Positions 36,601 through 49,405 of a stretch of 64,000 bases of DNA are shown here, piece by piece. The position numbers were made by a program, and so were the translations under genes. The DNA lies in assembly GCA_965153285.1 (NCBI GenBank), contig OZ229118.1. One strand, given 5' to 3'. Below the pieces are notes generated by a model. It was not told the DNA's origin. It did no database searches and saw nothing but the letters and a program-made list of their open reading frames with translations. The first letter of the stretch is position 1. The number at the start of each line of letters is the position of its first letter. The DNA is from Podarcis tiliguerta. Taxonomy: Eukaryota.

Positions 36601-39197
36601 TACCACACAGGTTGAAATTGCCTAAGCCCTTGATGACTCTTCTTGTAGATGTTAATCAGTCATGAAATGTGTTATCCTATTAGCATAGAGCCAGTGTTCT
36701 GTAGTACTAGTTTACTTCCTTTGATATACCAGTACCGGTACTTATATATACCAAAAACTCATACAAGAATACAACATGGACTCTTATTTATTTATGTATT
36801 TATTCCCATTAAACATCCTGTTGATGCCATGGTCAATGGTTTCCAAAGCTGCTAAGAGATCACGTAAGAAACTGGGTCACGGCCCTCTCTGGCTTTCTTT
36901 TGATAAAGGTCATCCATGCGGGTGACTGACGCCAATTCAGTTCCCTAGCCTAGCCTAAACCCAGACTGAAATGGGTCAAGGTATTCTTACCTGTAGCAAA
37001 AGAGAGTCCAATATGGCAATAAGTAATACATATTACAGTTTCGATAGAAAGCTCCTACTTCACACAAGAACAGATTTCAACAAAGCCTGCTAAAACTTGG
37101 AAGGGCTAATTTATAAACATCACCCATCCCTTTGAGCCCTCAGATAAGCTGTACTTTTGCTATTCACTGTAATTCTTAAACTAATGTTATTCTAGAGCTA
37201 CTGCTGTTCGAATTGCAGGGTGAATCACCAACATGTCACTTTAAAGGACCACAACATTTGCCTGCTCAGGCTGACACCAAGATAACCTGTAATTTGCTAC
37301 GGCAACCTGTACTAAAGAGAGCAGGGAAACTCCACATCCATCTCCTGTAATTTGCTATGGCAACCCACAGTAAAGGGGGGGGGGGGAGAGAGAGACTCCA
37401 TTCATTTGTTTGTTTTAAACTCTATTAAGCATGTTTGGAAATATTCCAGCTTTTCTCTTGCTGCTTTTGGTTTAGCCCCGGTTATGCCATGCTTCATCAC
37501 GCAAGTGATCCATCATGTGCAACATCCTCTACTCTAGCGCTTACAGCCTGCTTAAAGAGCTATAAAGATAACAGTCAGGGTTAGAACCTGCATATTTTGG
37601 TACAACACAGTGTATTCTGGTATTAACCCATAGAAGCCTGGATCTGTGTCTCCTGCTCCTCTTTATATGCCAGGCAATGTGTAATTAAAAAAGAGAAAGA
37701 GGGTGTGATTTGCAATCAAATGTTGACCTTTCAGGATTCCAGTCAGCCCATTACACCCACTTCCAGGATATTCTATTCTACTTCCATTTCTACCTGCTTG
37801 CCAGTTTCCTATCCCTAACCCCTGCCTCCTGCAGCCTGCCAGCATTCTATGGCCACTGTTTTTGTCCTCCTCCCTTAAGGTTCCCCCCCAAAATTGGTTT
37901 TTATGCACTTTTGCAAACCTTCTCCCAAGCTGGCTGGTACAGGTACCCCCCCCCCCTTGTATGTGGATTGGACCATTATGGCTACTCTAGGACAGGCGCT
38001 GAGATTTGAAAGTGCTATTGGTATATAAATAAGATTCAACAGTGGCACTTATCCATTTATGAATACCTTTTTGTTTGTTTCTAAAAATCCCTGGGCAGCA
38101 CGGGGCACTGCCTGCTAGTGGATATATAAATAAGATTGCATGGGAGCAGCAATTGCTGGTGTTGGCTTATTTGTCCCATGTCCAGAGTGGAAATCAGTTC
38201 AACGATGTCCTCAATATTTGCTGTTGCTTTCAGTCTGCAAGTTATATGTATCCGGAGACATGATTTCCCTCTAATTTGCACTGTGTTTCCTTTGCATTGA
38301 AATGAATGGTATAGAATACTGTAATGATAATGTATTAGAGGGCATAATTAATAACACAGAATGTTGACACAGCAGACAGAAACAGCACTGCTTGCAGTAA
38401 ATACAATGGGGAAGAGAAATTAATGTCTTCTTGCATACCCAATCACACAATAAGTTTCCCTGTCCAGTTCCACTTCATAATTCCTTCCTCCTTGCATAAA
38501 TGGCTACAAGCTTAATCCATGTGTTGTCGTTTGGAGCATCTTTGACTCGCACCATAGCTATATAGGTTGAAATCTTCTTTTCATCCCAGTTTGAACAACA
38601 TCAAACTTCATTCAGTGCAACTGTCTTTATGATTTGTCTGGATAAGACAGGTGTGAATACTTCAAAATCCCCCATCTCTGATGCAATAATTATTTTCCTC
38701 CCCTCCCGATTCTGCACTTGAATACTGGCTTTAGGTCCAGTATGCTTTCTTGATCCACCAGCTGTTTGGAACACTCCACATTCTCTACAAAGGAATGCCT
38801 ATGAGAACTGTGACTTACCTTGTGAATCTAATCTTTTACAGATTGGGTCCAGAATGAATAGCAGATTTGAATAATTGTTTCGTATTAGATGGGTATTGAA
38901 TTCTGAGAAGGTAAAATCCACTGGGCATGGAAAGCTGTTGGGTACGGCTCTCCGAAATCCATCAAAATAAAGAATTTTTAAAATGTAAACTTCCTGATGT
39001 TATGAACAGCTTTCAGCATGGTTTACCATGGAAAACCAGCATGCATATAAACAGTGGTGGTAGTGGCGATATTGCCTCAATGTATTGTAGAAAATGTAGT
39101 TTGATTAGAAATAATTTGTCAAAGTAATGCTAAAGTTGCATATCCAAGTATACAGTATTTATCTAGCTGGCAAGTCTCATGGAACTTGAGAGTCCAC

Positions 39198-39755
39198 TGA
39201 GTTGCAGTGGTTAGAGCACTGGACTAATAGTGAGAAGGCCCAGGTTCAAATCCTCCCCCAGCCATGGAACTTACTGGGTCGGTTGTTCTTTCTCAGGGTT
39301 GTTGAGAGGATAAAGTAGGGGTGGGCACAGAGAAGCATGCCTGTAAGGTAAAGGTAAAGGGACCCCTGACCATTAGGTCCAGTCGTGACCGACTCTGGGG
39401 TTGCGGCGCTCATCTCGCTTTATTGGCCGAGGGAGCCGGAGTACAGCTTCCAGGTCATGTGGCCAGCATGACTAAGCCGCTTCTGGCAAACCAGAGCAGT
39501 GCACAGAAACGCCTTTTACCTTCCCGCTGGAGCGGTACCTATTTATCTACTTGCACTTTGCCGTGCTTTCGAACTGCTAGGTTGGCAGGAAGAGGGACCG
39601 AGCAACGGGAGCTCACCCCGTCAAGGGGATTCGAACCACCGACCTTCTGATCGGCAAGTCCTAGGCTCTGTGGTTTAACCCACAGCGCCACCCGCGTCCC
39701 TTAACCATGCCTGTAACCTAGAGCTATTTGCGAGGAAAAGTGGGATAGAAATAAA
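39198..39755 (+). mobile_element. Squam3/MIR-like SINE interrupted by a Sauria SINE
   Basis: gcagtggttagagc (A box), ggttcaaatcc (B box); 3' part resumes after 39716. Confidence 0.65.
39347..39700 (-). mobile_element. Sauria SINE (Squam1), full length
   Basis: Minus head GGGACGCGGGTGGCGCTGTGGGTTAAACC...GGTTCGAATCCC; (ACCTTT)n tail; 11-bp TSD CATGCCTGTAA (39336-39346, 39706-39716). Confidence 0.93.
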
Positions 39756-40319
39756 TGCAGTATGTACATAATGCTGCAGAACTTCCTTCTGAATGCTCAA
39801 GACAAAGATCAATCGAATCAACACTTTCATCCATTTTAAAATGCAGTTAACTTGTGAGTGGGCAGGACTGGATCTGCTCTTTGCATGATATTAAATTGTG
39901 ACTTCTTAGCTTGTCAAATACTGAAGGCTTATCTTTTTCGGTGTCATTTTAAACACATCATCATCAGCATTGCATATGTTTTGAGTGCCTTGCGTGGGCA
40001 TTGTTAGGGCACTTGACAGCTTCCCTTGCTCGCCACACAGTAAGGCACTTCTAGAGGGAGCATGTTAACAGCACGACATGAAGAGCTAAGCCTGGGGGCA
40101 AAACCCCTCTACACCCTCATACACCTGATAAGAATATGACAATTTAAATGGTTTCAGTTCCCCAGTAAGCAAAACAGCACAGTGCCATTGCAAATTAGCC
40201 ACAGTCAGAAGATAAATTCCAGTATCAGGCACAAATACACCGGCTAGCGACTATGTGCTGTGAGAAAATACATAGTTAAATAGGGGCAGTTTGAAATCCC
40301 TGTGATTCCATGTGTCCTA

Positions 40320-40479
40320 GGGGAAGGGCTGTAGCTCAGTGATAGAGCATCTACATTGCACAGAAAGGTGCCAGATTCAGTCCCCAGCCTCTCCAGATAG
40401 GACTGGAGAAACCCCTGGAGAGCCACTGCCAGTCAGTGCAGACAGTATTGAGCTAAGGCAGAGATTCCTATGTTCCTAC
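40320..40479 (+). mobile_element. tRNA-derived SINE (Squam2-like)
   Basis: gggctgtagctcagtgatagagcat head, ccctggagagccactgccagtcagtgcagaca body, cctatgttccta tail. A partial copy also lies at ~30690-30830. Confidence 0.75.
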
Positions 40480-41995
40480 GAACTGCTAAACAGACTTGTG
40501 AACTATTTCTAAACTCAGATGTGTGGGAGCAGTTTCTGCGCTTCAGATTTTAATCCTGCTGTGCAGCCTTATACAGTGCAATGATACAGGTGTCTACTAA
40601 GAAGTAAGTCCTGTTGAACTCAATAGGGTTTCTCAACTGGAGCACTGAACAAGAGCGCTTCTCACTGCAATGTTTTCTTGCAGATCCCATTTGTCTAATC
40701 ATATTAGTAGGTCATCAGCTGTGGCTGGAAAACCAAAAACTGCATGTTTTCCGAAGATAACCACTCTTGCAAACCCTGCTACATGTAATATTCTGCGCAA
40801 CATCCTCTAGAAAGCAGATGTAATGCTTTGGCAATGAGATACTCTACAAATAACTTATAGTGCTTAGTATCTGCATGATTCAGATTCTACTTTTTAAGTA
40901 GGATAGTTGCCATTGTTTTAGTTCTTTTATTGATGCTATGACCACATTTTCCAGGAGAGATGTATTGTCCAATCAGCATTTTAATACTGTTATTATAGCT
41001 CAGATCCATTTTTTAAATGGGCTCATTGGTGCAAATGTGTGCACAGATGAATGGTCTTGCGTTTCTGCCTACAATTCCTAAAACAATACTTCCACCAAAG
41101 TCGCCTGAGTCTCAAGCTTTTATGAATACTATCAATTTTTTGAACTTACTGCTCTTTAAGATACCACAATAAAAATGCTTAGCTTTCCCCCTCTTAAAAC
41201 AGATTATTTAAAACGTATTAAATTTTTCTTCACTGTGTTTTTAGCAGAATATGAAATATGAAATAGATGTTTCATATATCATAAAACTCATTCTAAAAGG
41301 TTTATTTGCAATTAAATGCATTTTTAGAAAATGGCTTTCCAAAGCCTTCTTAGAATTTTCAGATGAGCACTGTATTGTAAAATAGGGCAAGACCAAAAGG
41401 TATGCCACTGTGAGAGATCAGAAGGATAGAGACTGTTGGTGATAAGCCTGAAAACTATAAAGAAAAGGAAAATGGCTGTTCTCTCCGATTGGTGTGATCT
41501 GCCAAAAGCTGAATTTTCAAAGAGGGCACCAATTTATAAACTTGTCTCCTGCTGAGATCAAAAGATGACAAACAGGGCTGAATAAAATAAGAGGGGACTG
41601 ATTGCAAAGCAAACCCAAAAGGTACATTATGACATTCTGGGGCTCAGGCTGTGTCCATATGGGGCTTTTATCTCACACAATGAAAACTCAGCTCCAATTT
41701 ATGTATGCGCGCACATTGGTGTAAGCACGTTCAGATGAGCAATCTAAAGTTTCCGTCTCCAGTCCTAAAACAGTATTTCCTATTCACCCTAATGGGTGGT
41801 CCTTGATGGGATAGAGCCACACAGTGTGTGTCTTCCCCTCAATTTTTACAAAACCACCTGATGTTACCTCCATTACATTATTATTTTTAAAAAAGCTGAG
41901 CAAGAGTGCAGTCTTTTCTTTACCAATGCAAACACACCTTTTAAAAATATATATATTTAAAAAAACCAAGAAGTGCTTAAGAGCTAGTAGTGTGT

Positions 41996-42692
41996 ATTGT
42001 TGTTGGCACCCATGTGTCCCATGAGACAATGGAGTGTACCTCCAGGGGTGAAGTCAAATCACAGCAACAGTGAAGTGACTGCCTCACTGGGGAGGTTCTA
42101 GGCTGCCCAGGTTCTAGGCTGCCCAGGTGACAAGACTCCCCTCTCGGCCTCACTGATGTGGTCCAAAGGAAAGCAGAGCAATATGCTTGGTACCAGCTTG
42201 GCTGCAGGAGTTGCTGGAAGGTGGTGCACAAGGCACCATCCAACTGTCTTAGGGACTCCACTCCGTATTTGTCTAGGGTTTACTCCTTAGCCTTTTCATC
42301 TCACAAAGATATCCTGCAAGGCAGCAGAGCTTTAGGATCAGAGTTTTCCTTCTCCTAGATGGGCTACCTTTCCAGGTTGATGAGCCTCACCTGCCCCTCA
42401 CTTCCCTCTACAGCATCTGCAGAAATCTCCTCCTTGACCGTTGGACCTACTCTTGGTCTCATCAGCTCAATCTACTGGTGCCTGTCTTCGCATGCAGGGA
42501 ATTCACTGAGTCCCTAATTCACTGAGGGTTTGAGACTCATCAGTTACCATCACCTGGTTTAGCTGGCCAGCCCAAGCCATTTCCCAGGGGGTAGTCAGTG
42601 TCATATGTTGACAGCTTCTAGGAGCCACAGGTGAGAGCTGAGTGCAGGGAGGGGACCAAAGATGGACAAACTACCCCAGAAGGAGCATGCCC
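41996..42692 (-). mobile_element. Non-autonomous RTE-type retroelement (~700 bp)
   Basis: (CAA)n tail on the minus strand at the left end; GC-rich block with sharp edges; no RT ORF. Resembles the UTRs of RTE-clade elements as recalled. Confidence 0.6.
42550..42677 (-). ncRNA. Candidate HDV-like ribozyme motif (possibly decayed)
   Basis: Order on minus strand: GGGGUAG ... UCACCUG-UGG-CUCC ... CUACCCCCU-GG ... GGC..GCC ... CUAAAC-CAGGUGA, i.e. P1, P2, P3, P1.1, P4 and J4/2 in HDV order. Loop L3 is atypically long. Confidence 0.4.
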
Positions 42693-45075
42693 TATGGGGG
42701 CATAATATGGCCGAAACAGGGAGCCAGGGGGTGCAGCTTGTGAATTTCATTTAGGGCCCCCTACTTTCCCCTCATAATTCAAATACTGGCAATAATCCAG
42801 AAGTAATATGAATTTTTAACATCTTCAATATAAATACCTTCTCATACACTTATCATTTGAAAATACCTAATGGATAAACACTGAGTAGACTAAGCTACAG
42901 TTTAGTTTAGAATATGATTTCGTATCAGCCTCTACTGAGCTTGTTCTATAGTATTGCCTCATGTTGCTGGGTTGCATTAATCCAGGGGAAAAAAATCTCT
43001 TTAATATTAGTAGCTTTAACTGCCGAGGATGAATTCAATAACCTTTTAAGCCTGGGTATCTCATTGTTAACTTTTTTATATTCAGTAATAACTTTATTTT
43101 GTCTGCAAATAAACTAAACGGGATGACATATTGCTTATCAACGTTTTATGAGGTAGGTGCAAGGAAGAAACTGCCTGGTTAACAATTAATTAGACCAAGA
43201 TCAAGATGACCTATTTACTGAGCATTCATCGTGATTTGTTTTCACAAGGTTTGTGTACAACATCTGCTGTTAATTGAACATTCATTCTGACTTGTTTGTG
43301 TGGAGGTTTTACAACACCACACCAAATGCCTGCCATCCTAAACTTTTCAGTGCAATTTCCCATTACTTTGTTTACCGCAAAAAATCTGGGCAGGAAGATG
43401 AGTGCAAAAGCACCAAACCTACTTGAATTGGGTAGCGTAAAATTGCTTATATACAAAAAAGCAACAGTCTGGAAGCAGCCCAAAATAAATAATCAGAACA
43501 TTCAATAGTATTTTTTTTGTGAAAGGACTATATATGGTGAAAGGGCTATGTTTGAATCAGACTTAATAGCATGTCAGAAAAGAGTTATTGTCAAGATGAC
43601 CCTACTGGAAATAACTCGAAATGGGAAAGAACAAACCCTAAAACATCATAGCATGTCTGGGACCAGACCTTTACAAAAAGCCCAGCAGTTTCTCCTTGTA
43701 TTAAATTGAAAGAAAATATTACAATAATATTGGTACCTTACTATGGGTGATCTTTATGCTCGAGAACAGCTCTCCACTCCCTAATGGCAGTTCTCCTGAT
43801 GTCTATGTCTGGAAATCTCCTCCTGGGGGAACTAATGTGGCAATTGCAGCACTATTTATCCCATGTGGGGAGTCTGTCTCCATTCATTTGTGCTCTGTGT
43901 AGTTTTGTTCTGATCCTGCAAGAAAGAATGAGTCATGAGCGTACCAAAGGCTACAATAGGTACCAACTGGCCGTAACAACAGATGGAGCTGAGAGTTCTC
44001 CATAGTGCAGGATGCAAGGGGAAAACACTCTTTGGCCATGGATATTTGAGTGCTCTGAACATGCTGTGGTAAAGAGTCTCTGAGAGCTCCATTTTAAGGT
44101 ATACGGTAGTTTGCCTGTCTGCAGCCCCATGTCTTGTGACTCCAGTTGCAGCTGTGTGGAGCTTGGTTTAGCAATGGCTGCTCAAATTTGAAGTCCTGAG
44201 ATTAGTAACTGTGGGAATTCTGAGAAGAGCAAGTGTTAGCAATAAGGGATGGGTGAGCAGCAGGCTGTTTATCCTGGAAATGCAATGCTTGTAAAATCAT
44301 AGTTGTTGGTGACTAATTTCTTTGTCTGCTCCATTTTCACACCAACACTGCTAATAAATTTTACAGATAGCGTTGGCCAAAACACTAGCATAATAGATCC
44401 TTGAAAGATCTTCCAAGTTAATTACATCACTTGAAAAGACATTCATTGCTTGTTTCTCCAATTCTCGGCATTAATTTTGCACTAAAGAAATATTATGTAC
44501 TACAAAGCTTTTTTTAAAAAAAAAAAAGAGGGAGAAAGAAGAAAGAAATGAAACATTGCAGTCATTACTTCTGTTTCTTGGAACAATTATATTAGGAAGG
44601 AAATCTTCAGATAATACCCTAATGATGCAAATACTTCCACCCAGTTCTCAAAAGCATTAAGCATAATGACTACAATATAATGTTTCATAAGGCATTAGCT
44701 TATTTACACGTAGCACAAAGAAAAGAATGGAAAATTTGCGTAAGTGAAAACCATTTCTTTTAAATTCTATAACTAAAGACCATATAGAATGTACATGGAA
44801 GAATGAAAACAGGTCTTCTGATACATTCAAAAGAAAAGGGATATTTTTAAAAAATACTTTTTTAAAAAGCTTCTCTAGACCAAGCCCACCATTGTGTTTT
44901 GTGTACTTGTTCCCTGTAATATGTGGTAGTAGTAATAATAATAATAATAATGTATCATTTGTGTATCAAAGAATATGTAGAATTGATGGTAACCCAAAGC
45001 ATAGGCACAACTGGTAGCATAGGCAGTGTCATACCTGAGAAGAATGGTTGAACCCATGTCCTTGGCTATATGAAT

Positions 45076-45077
<2 letters not shown>

Positions 45078-45107
<30 letters not shown>
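45078..45107. repeat. (TG)n microsatellite
   Basis: Directly visible. Confidence 0.95.
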
Positions 45108-45111
<4 letters not shown>

Positions 45112-45515
45112 AATTTTCACATTTAAACATTATCATCATATACACCATAACAAACAAATACAATTAAAATAAAAATAGAAAATAGAAAATAAAACATTTT
45201 AACACCTTATTAAAGTCATATTTTGGGATTACTCAGGTCCCTTGACTTCCCTCCATTCCCTCCCCTCGTTCTTTTATATTATCTTGTATTGTACATGTCT
45301 ATAATTTCCTTATCTTTAATTATTTCAAATTTTGATCATTGTCCTTAATATTACAAGTGGTTGTTTTTTTAAAAAAAAACACCTGCTATTGTATTAACTT
45401 CTTTACAATGATTTTGTATATATGCAATAAACATTTTCCATTCTTTTTTATATTTGTTGTCTTCTTGATTTCTTAGTCTTCCAGTTAATTTAGCCATTCC
45501 AGTTAATTTAGCCTG
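45108..45515 (-). mobile_element. L1 3' end (ORF2 C-terminus plus 3' UTR)
   Basis: MAKLTGRLRNQEDNKYKKEWKMFIAYIQNHCK resembles the squamate L1 ORF2 end; an 18-bp tandem duplication (ttccagttaatttagcc) lies at its 5' junction. Confidence 0.7.
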
Positions 45516-46071
45516 GCTATATGAATTGATCCTTCCGACACAACAGCTGCAAGGGTTGAATTTACCCACAAGCCAGAGGAGCTGTCCAGCAGGGCAAAAG
45601 TCAGGTTTCAGAGATAGAAGGGGAGCTGTCTACCCAAGTAACTGGACAACAATAGTCAGACAAGATGTGGATTGTACAGCCAGTCCCTCATCTCTGCAGA
45701 TTATCCTGGTTGAGCATCTCACAGGTTTGGTATTGCAGAGCGCCCTCTGGGATATGTCACTTCTTCCTGCCCTTTCAGCTACTGTGACCTGAAGTGAAGG
45801 AATCCTCTACAGCCAAGGTCTCCATGGGTCTGCAGCAGCCCTGATGACTCAGTATCTTCCTCTAGGGATGTCCCTTTTGGGTCAGGTTGTGATCAGTAGG
45901 ACATGACACCATGACAGGCACTCTTGCCTCCTTTTGTAGCTCTGTAAGGGCAATAGTCTCCTAACAAACTAGTTTCCAGGATTCTTTGGGGCAAGCCATG
46001 ACTCTTTCAAGTGAGATAAGAGTACTTTAAATGTATAGTACAGATGAGACCTAAGGCAAGAAATCAGCATA

Positions 46072-46665
46072 GTAATAATAATACAAATAATAATTTATTA
46101 TTTGTATCGGGCCCATCTGGCTGGGTTTCCCCAGGCACTCTGGGCGGCTTCCAACAAAGATTCAAAATACATAAAAATGTCACACATTAAAATCTTCCCT
46201 GAACAGAGCTGTCTTCAGATGTCTTCTAAATGTCAGGCACCTCGGGTTACATACACTTCAGGTTACAGACTCGGCTAACCCAGAAATATTACCTCAGGTT
46301 AAGAACTTTGCTTCAGGATGAGAACAGAAATTGTGCTCCAGCAGCGCGGCAGCAGCAGGAGGCCCCATTAGCTAAAGTAGTGCTTCAGGTTAAGAACAGT
46401 TTCAGGTTAAGAACGGACCTCTGGAATGAATTAAGTATGTAACAGAGGTACCACTGTAGTTGTTTATCTCTTTGACATCTGATGGGAGGGCGTTCCACAG
46501 TGCAGGTGCCACTACCGAGAAGGCCCTCTGCCTGGTTCCCTGGAGCTTTGCTTCTCACAGTGTGGGAACCGCCAAAAGGCCCTCAGCCTTCCAGGCAGAA
46601 AGGACCTCAGCATCCGGGCAGAATGATGGGGGTGGAGACGCTCCTTCAGGCATACTGGGCCAAGG
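46072..46665 (-). mobile_element. L2-clade LINE 3' fragment interrupted by a MITE
   Basis: Aligns by eye with 2521-2885 (cccatctggctggg...aaggccctctgcctggttccct...gagacgctccttcagg). Confidence 0.88.
46238..46456 (+). mobile_element. Tc1/mariner-type MITE, family A, left TIR truncated
   Basis: Starts cacctcgggttac, ends GAGGTACCACTG-TA; sits at the aggTAgttg site of the L2. Confidence 0.88.
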
Positions 46666-47717
46666 TAGAACATCCTACTACTAGGAGGGAACTCTTTTGT
46701 GCTTTGGACCTTACTTGTGCTATGCTTGCCAGAAAACCTGGCCCCTACAGGCCGACACGTTCCAGACACGAATTATAACATTAGCAGTATTCTATCACTG
46801 TTATAACTACTTTGGAGGGTTATAAGCCAACAACTGCATTTCCTTCCAACCCCATCTGCACCAAGAGGAGCACTTGTACCCACTTTCCCGAAATTAATGT
46901 GCTCAAATGTGTGGCTTTTATTAATTTTGCTTGCTTCCCCTTCCTCTGGTTATAAGAACACCATAATGCGGGCCTGGGGCCATTATCACTTTGACTCTTA
47001 TTTCTACTGGCTATAGATGTTGCATTACTTCAAGCACTTAGACTTGTTGTGGGAAGAAGCATACAAGAAAATAGTGGGCTGTGCATTTTCATTAAACTAT
47101 TATATGCTTGAGCATTTTCCAGGAGTTAGACTAATATGTCTAGGACATTGCACAGTTAAACTCTGATAGCATTTTTTAAAAAACAGCAACTTTTTAGATT
47201 TACAGCTGAAAATTGCCAGTGTTGTCCGTTCTAGAGGCCGATGTGCTGCATTTCGTCTTCACAAAATTGGACATCTGTTAAACATGGTTAAGTCTATTAC
47301 ACTGTCATCGTAATGTTCAAAGCCAAGGAACAGAATATTTTAGACATCCCATTAACTTAAACTGAGCATGCAAGGTATGACCTAAACTATTAATGCATTT
47401 TAGGGAAACTGCTTAGGATATGAGGCAGGTTTTTATCACAGAAACTCAGGCTTTCTTTTGAAGTGTATGGCCAAGTATTCCACCTGCTGCTCTTCAAATG
47501 CACAGAGAAATAACTCGGCAATAAAAGCACAGCTGCTTGTTTATTAAGTAGTACTCCTCTTGTATCAGTTTTTTTTAAAGAAAAACAAGAACAGTGTCTT
47601 TTATTGTATTCATAAGATGACTGACCATTACACCTTCTTCAGAACTGTTTTATTTCTGCTGCCCTGTGTCTCAGCCATGACTGGAAGCACAGTTTAAAAA
47701 CAAAATGCAACAGTTTG

Positions 47718-47935
47718 AGAGCTGGTGTGATGGTGAGACTATTGGAACAGGGCTTGAGAGACCAGTGTTCAAATCTGCAATTACCCATGAAAATCACTAG
47801 GTGACCTTGGGTCAGTCACTGTCTCAGCCTAATCTACCTCACTGGGTTTCTGTGGTAATAAAATGGAGGAACACGTGCGCCACCTTGAACTCCTTGGAGG
47901 AAAGGCAAGATATCAAAGTAATAATAAACAAATAA
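47718..47935 (+). mobile_element. Squam3/MIR-like SINE
   Basis: gtgttcaaatc B box; ggtgaccttgggtcagtcactgtctcagcctaatctacctcac core; AT-rich tail. Confidence 0.72.
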
Positions 47936-48814
47936 TAGTTTGTAGGCCTATCTACCAAAGTAACTGATTCTTGGGTTCGTACAAAGGAAGGCATGAAAGA
48001 AATGGAGGTGCCCACACCTGAAACTGAAGCCTTTGCAAAGACAATGCAAGACCAGGGCGAACAGCTCCCTCATAATATTCCAAGCATGTTTGTACCAAAG
48101 TACACGTTGTGGTATCCTGCATGTATGTTAAGGAGTCTGTAATGGAACTATGAAGTTCCACCTCCCTCCGATAACTCACCTGGTGTAGTTTAGTCCCTCT
48201 GAATTGTCATTTGTTCCATCTCTGTGTATGTTTTGGAAGATGTGGGAGGTTATGTGAGCTGCCTAGCTTTGCTGAAAGGCAGGTATGTCTCCAGGTGCTG
48301 TTCTTAAATGAAAGGAAACTGATTATGAGACTTCCTGTCTCTGCTGGGTGTTGACCTAAGAGCAGAACATACTGGGATCCAGAGGCAGAGAATATTATAC
48401 TTATATAAAGCTCCTCCACACAAGGTGAATCCAAGTTCGATTAGGAACCCTACCACCCAAACATGGGTACAAACTCTAGAATCACAGGGTCCTTTCTCAT
48501 GCTGGACAAATGTGCAAATACCAGATATTGTGGTCAGGTGACTTGAGGGACTGCTGTACCCCTTATATAGCCAGTAGGCCACTGCAGTCTGCGGAAGTGT
48601 TTCTCCTTTATGTTCCAAAGATATGAAAGTAACTCAGAATTTTTGTGTGACTGCCCCTGGTCTGTGGGACAGCATTCCTGTTGAGAAATGACAGATACCC
48701 ACTATTCACAACACATTTAGAGCACAGGGCTTACCCCATGGAATTCTGGGATCAGGAGTTTAAGGGTTCTGGGAACTGTAGCTCTGTGAGGAGGAAACTA
48801 CAGTTCCCAAGATA

Positions 48815-49056
48815 CAGTGGTACCTCAGGTTACATATGCTTCAGGTTACATACGCTTCAGGTTACAGACTCCGCTAACCCAGAAATAGTGTTTCAGGTTA
48901 AGAACTTTGCTTCAGGATGAGAAGAGAAATCGTGCTCCGGCGGCGCGGCGGCAGCAGGAGGCCCCATTAGCTAAAGTGGTGCTTCAGGTTAAGAACAGTT
49001 TCAGGTTAAGAACGGACCTCCGGAATGAATTAAGTACTTAACCCGAGGTACCACTG
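48815..49056 (+). mobile_element. Tc1/mariner-type MITE, family A, nested in an older foldback element
   Basis: TA-CAGTGGTACCTC ... GAGGTACCACTG-TA. Confidence 0.93.
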
Positions 49057-49315
49057 TATGGGGGGGGGAGTCATGTGATTTAAATGTATACTGAAGATGC
49101 TTCAAATGTATGGGTGTTGATCATCTGCCCAGGTCTTTGTTGTCGGTGTCTATTTTGTATTGTTTTTAAAATTATCTGTTGTTATATTCTGTGGTGCAAC
49201 TGCTTTTAGGTATTTATATTGTGTATATCACTTTGAGACGTATATTTGGAAGGTTATTATTATCAATAATTGGCAGCACAGGATCAGAGCTGAAAGGGAT
49301 GGCGCTACTCTCCAT

Positions 49316-49405
49316 CTTAGCTGTCAACTTTTCCCTTTTTTAAAGGGACATTCCCTTATTCCGAATAGGATTCCTCGCAAGAAAAGGGAAAAGTTGACAG
49401 CTATG
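49316..49405. mobile_element. Minimal hAT MITE (90 bp)
   Basis: Arms TAGCTGTCAACTTTTCCCTTTT / AAAAGGGAAAAGTTGACAGCTA; perfect 8-bp TSD CTCTCCAT (49308-49315, 49406-49413). Confidence 0.9.

Noticed and set aside
36985-38822. Strong minus-strand donors (CAG|gtaaga ~36990, AAG|gtaagt ~38818) as distal TRPC3 first exons
   Set aside because: No CpG island or other exon evidence; cannot be supported without transcript data.
39610-39700. tRNA-like A/B boxes (also at 24780-24837, 40320-40390, 61060-61144)
   Set aside because: These are SINE heads followed by SINE bodies and tails, not tRNA genes.
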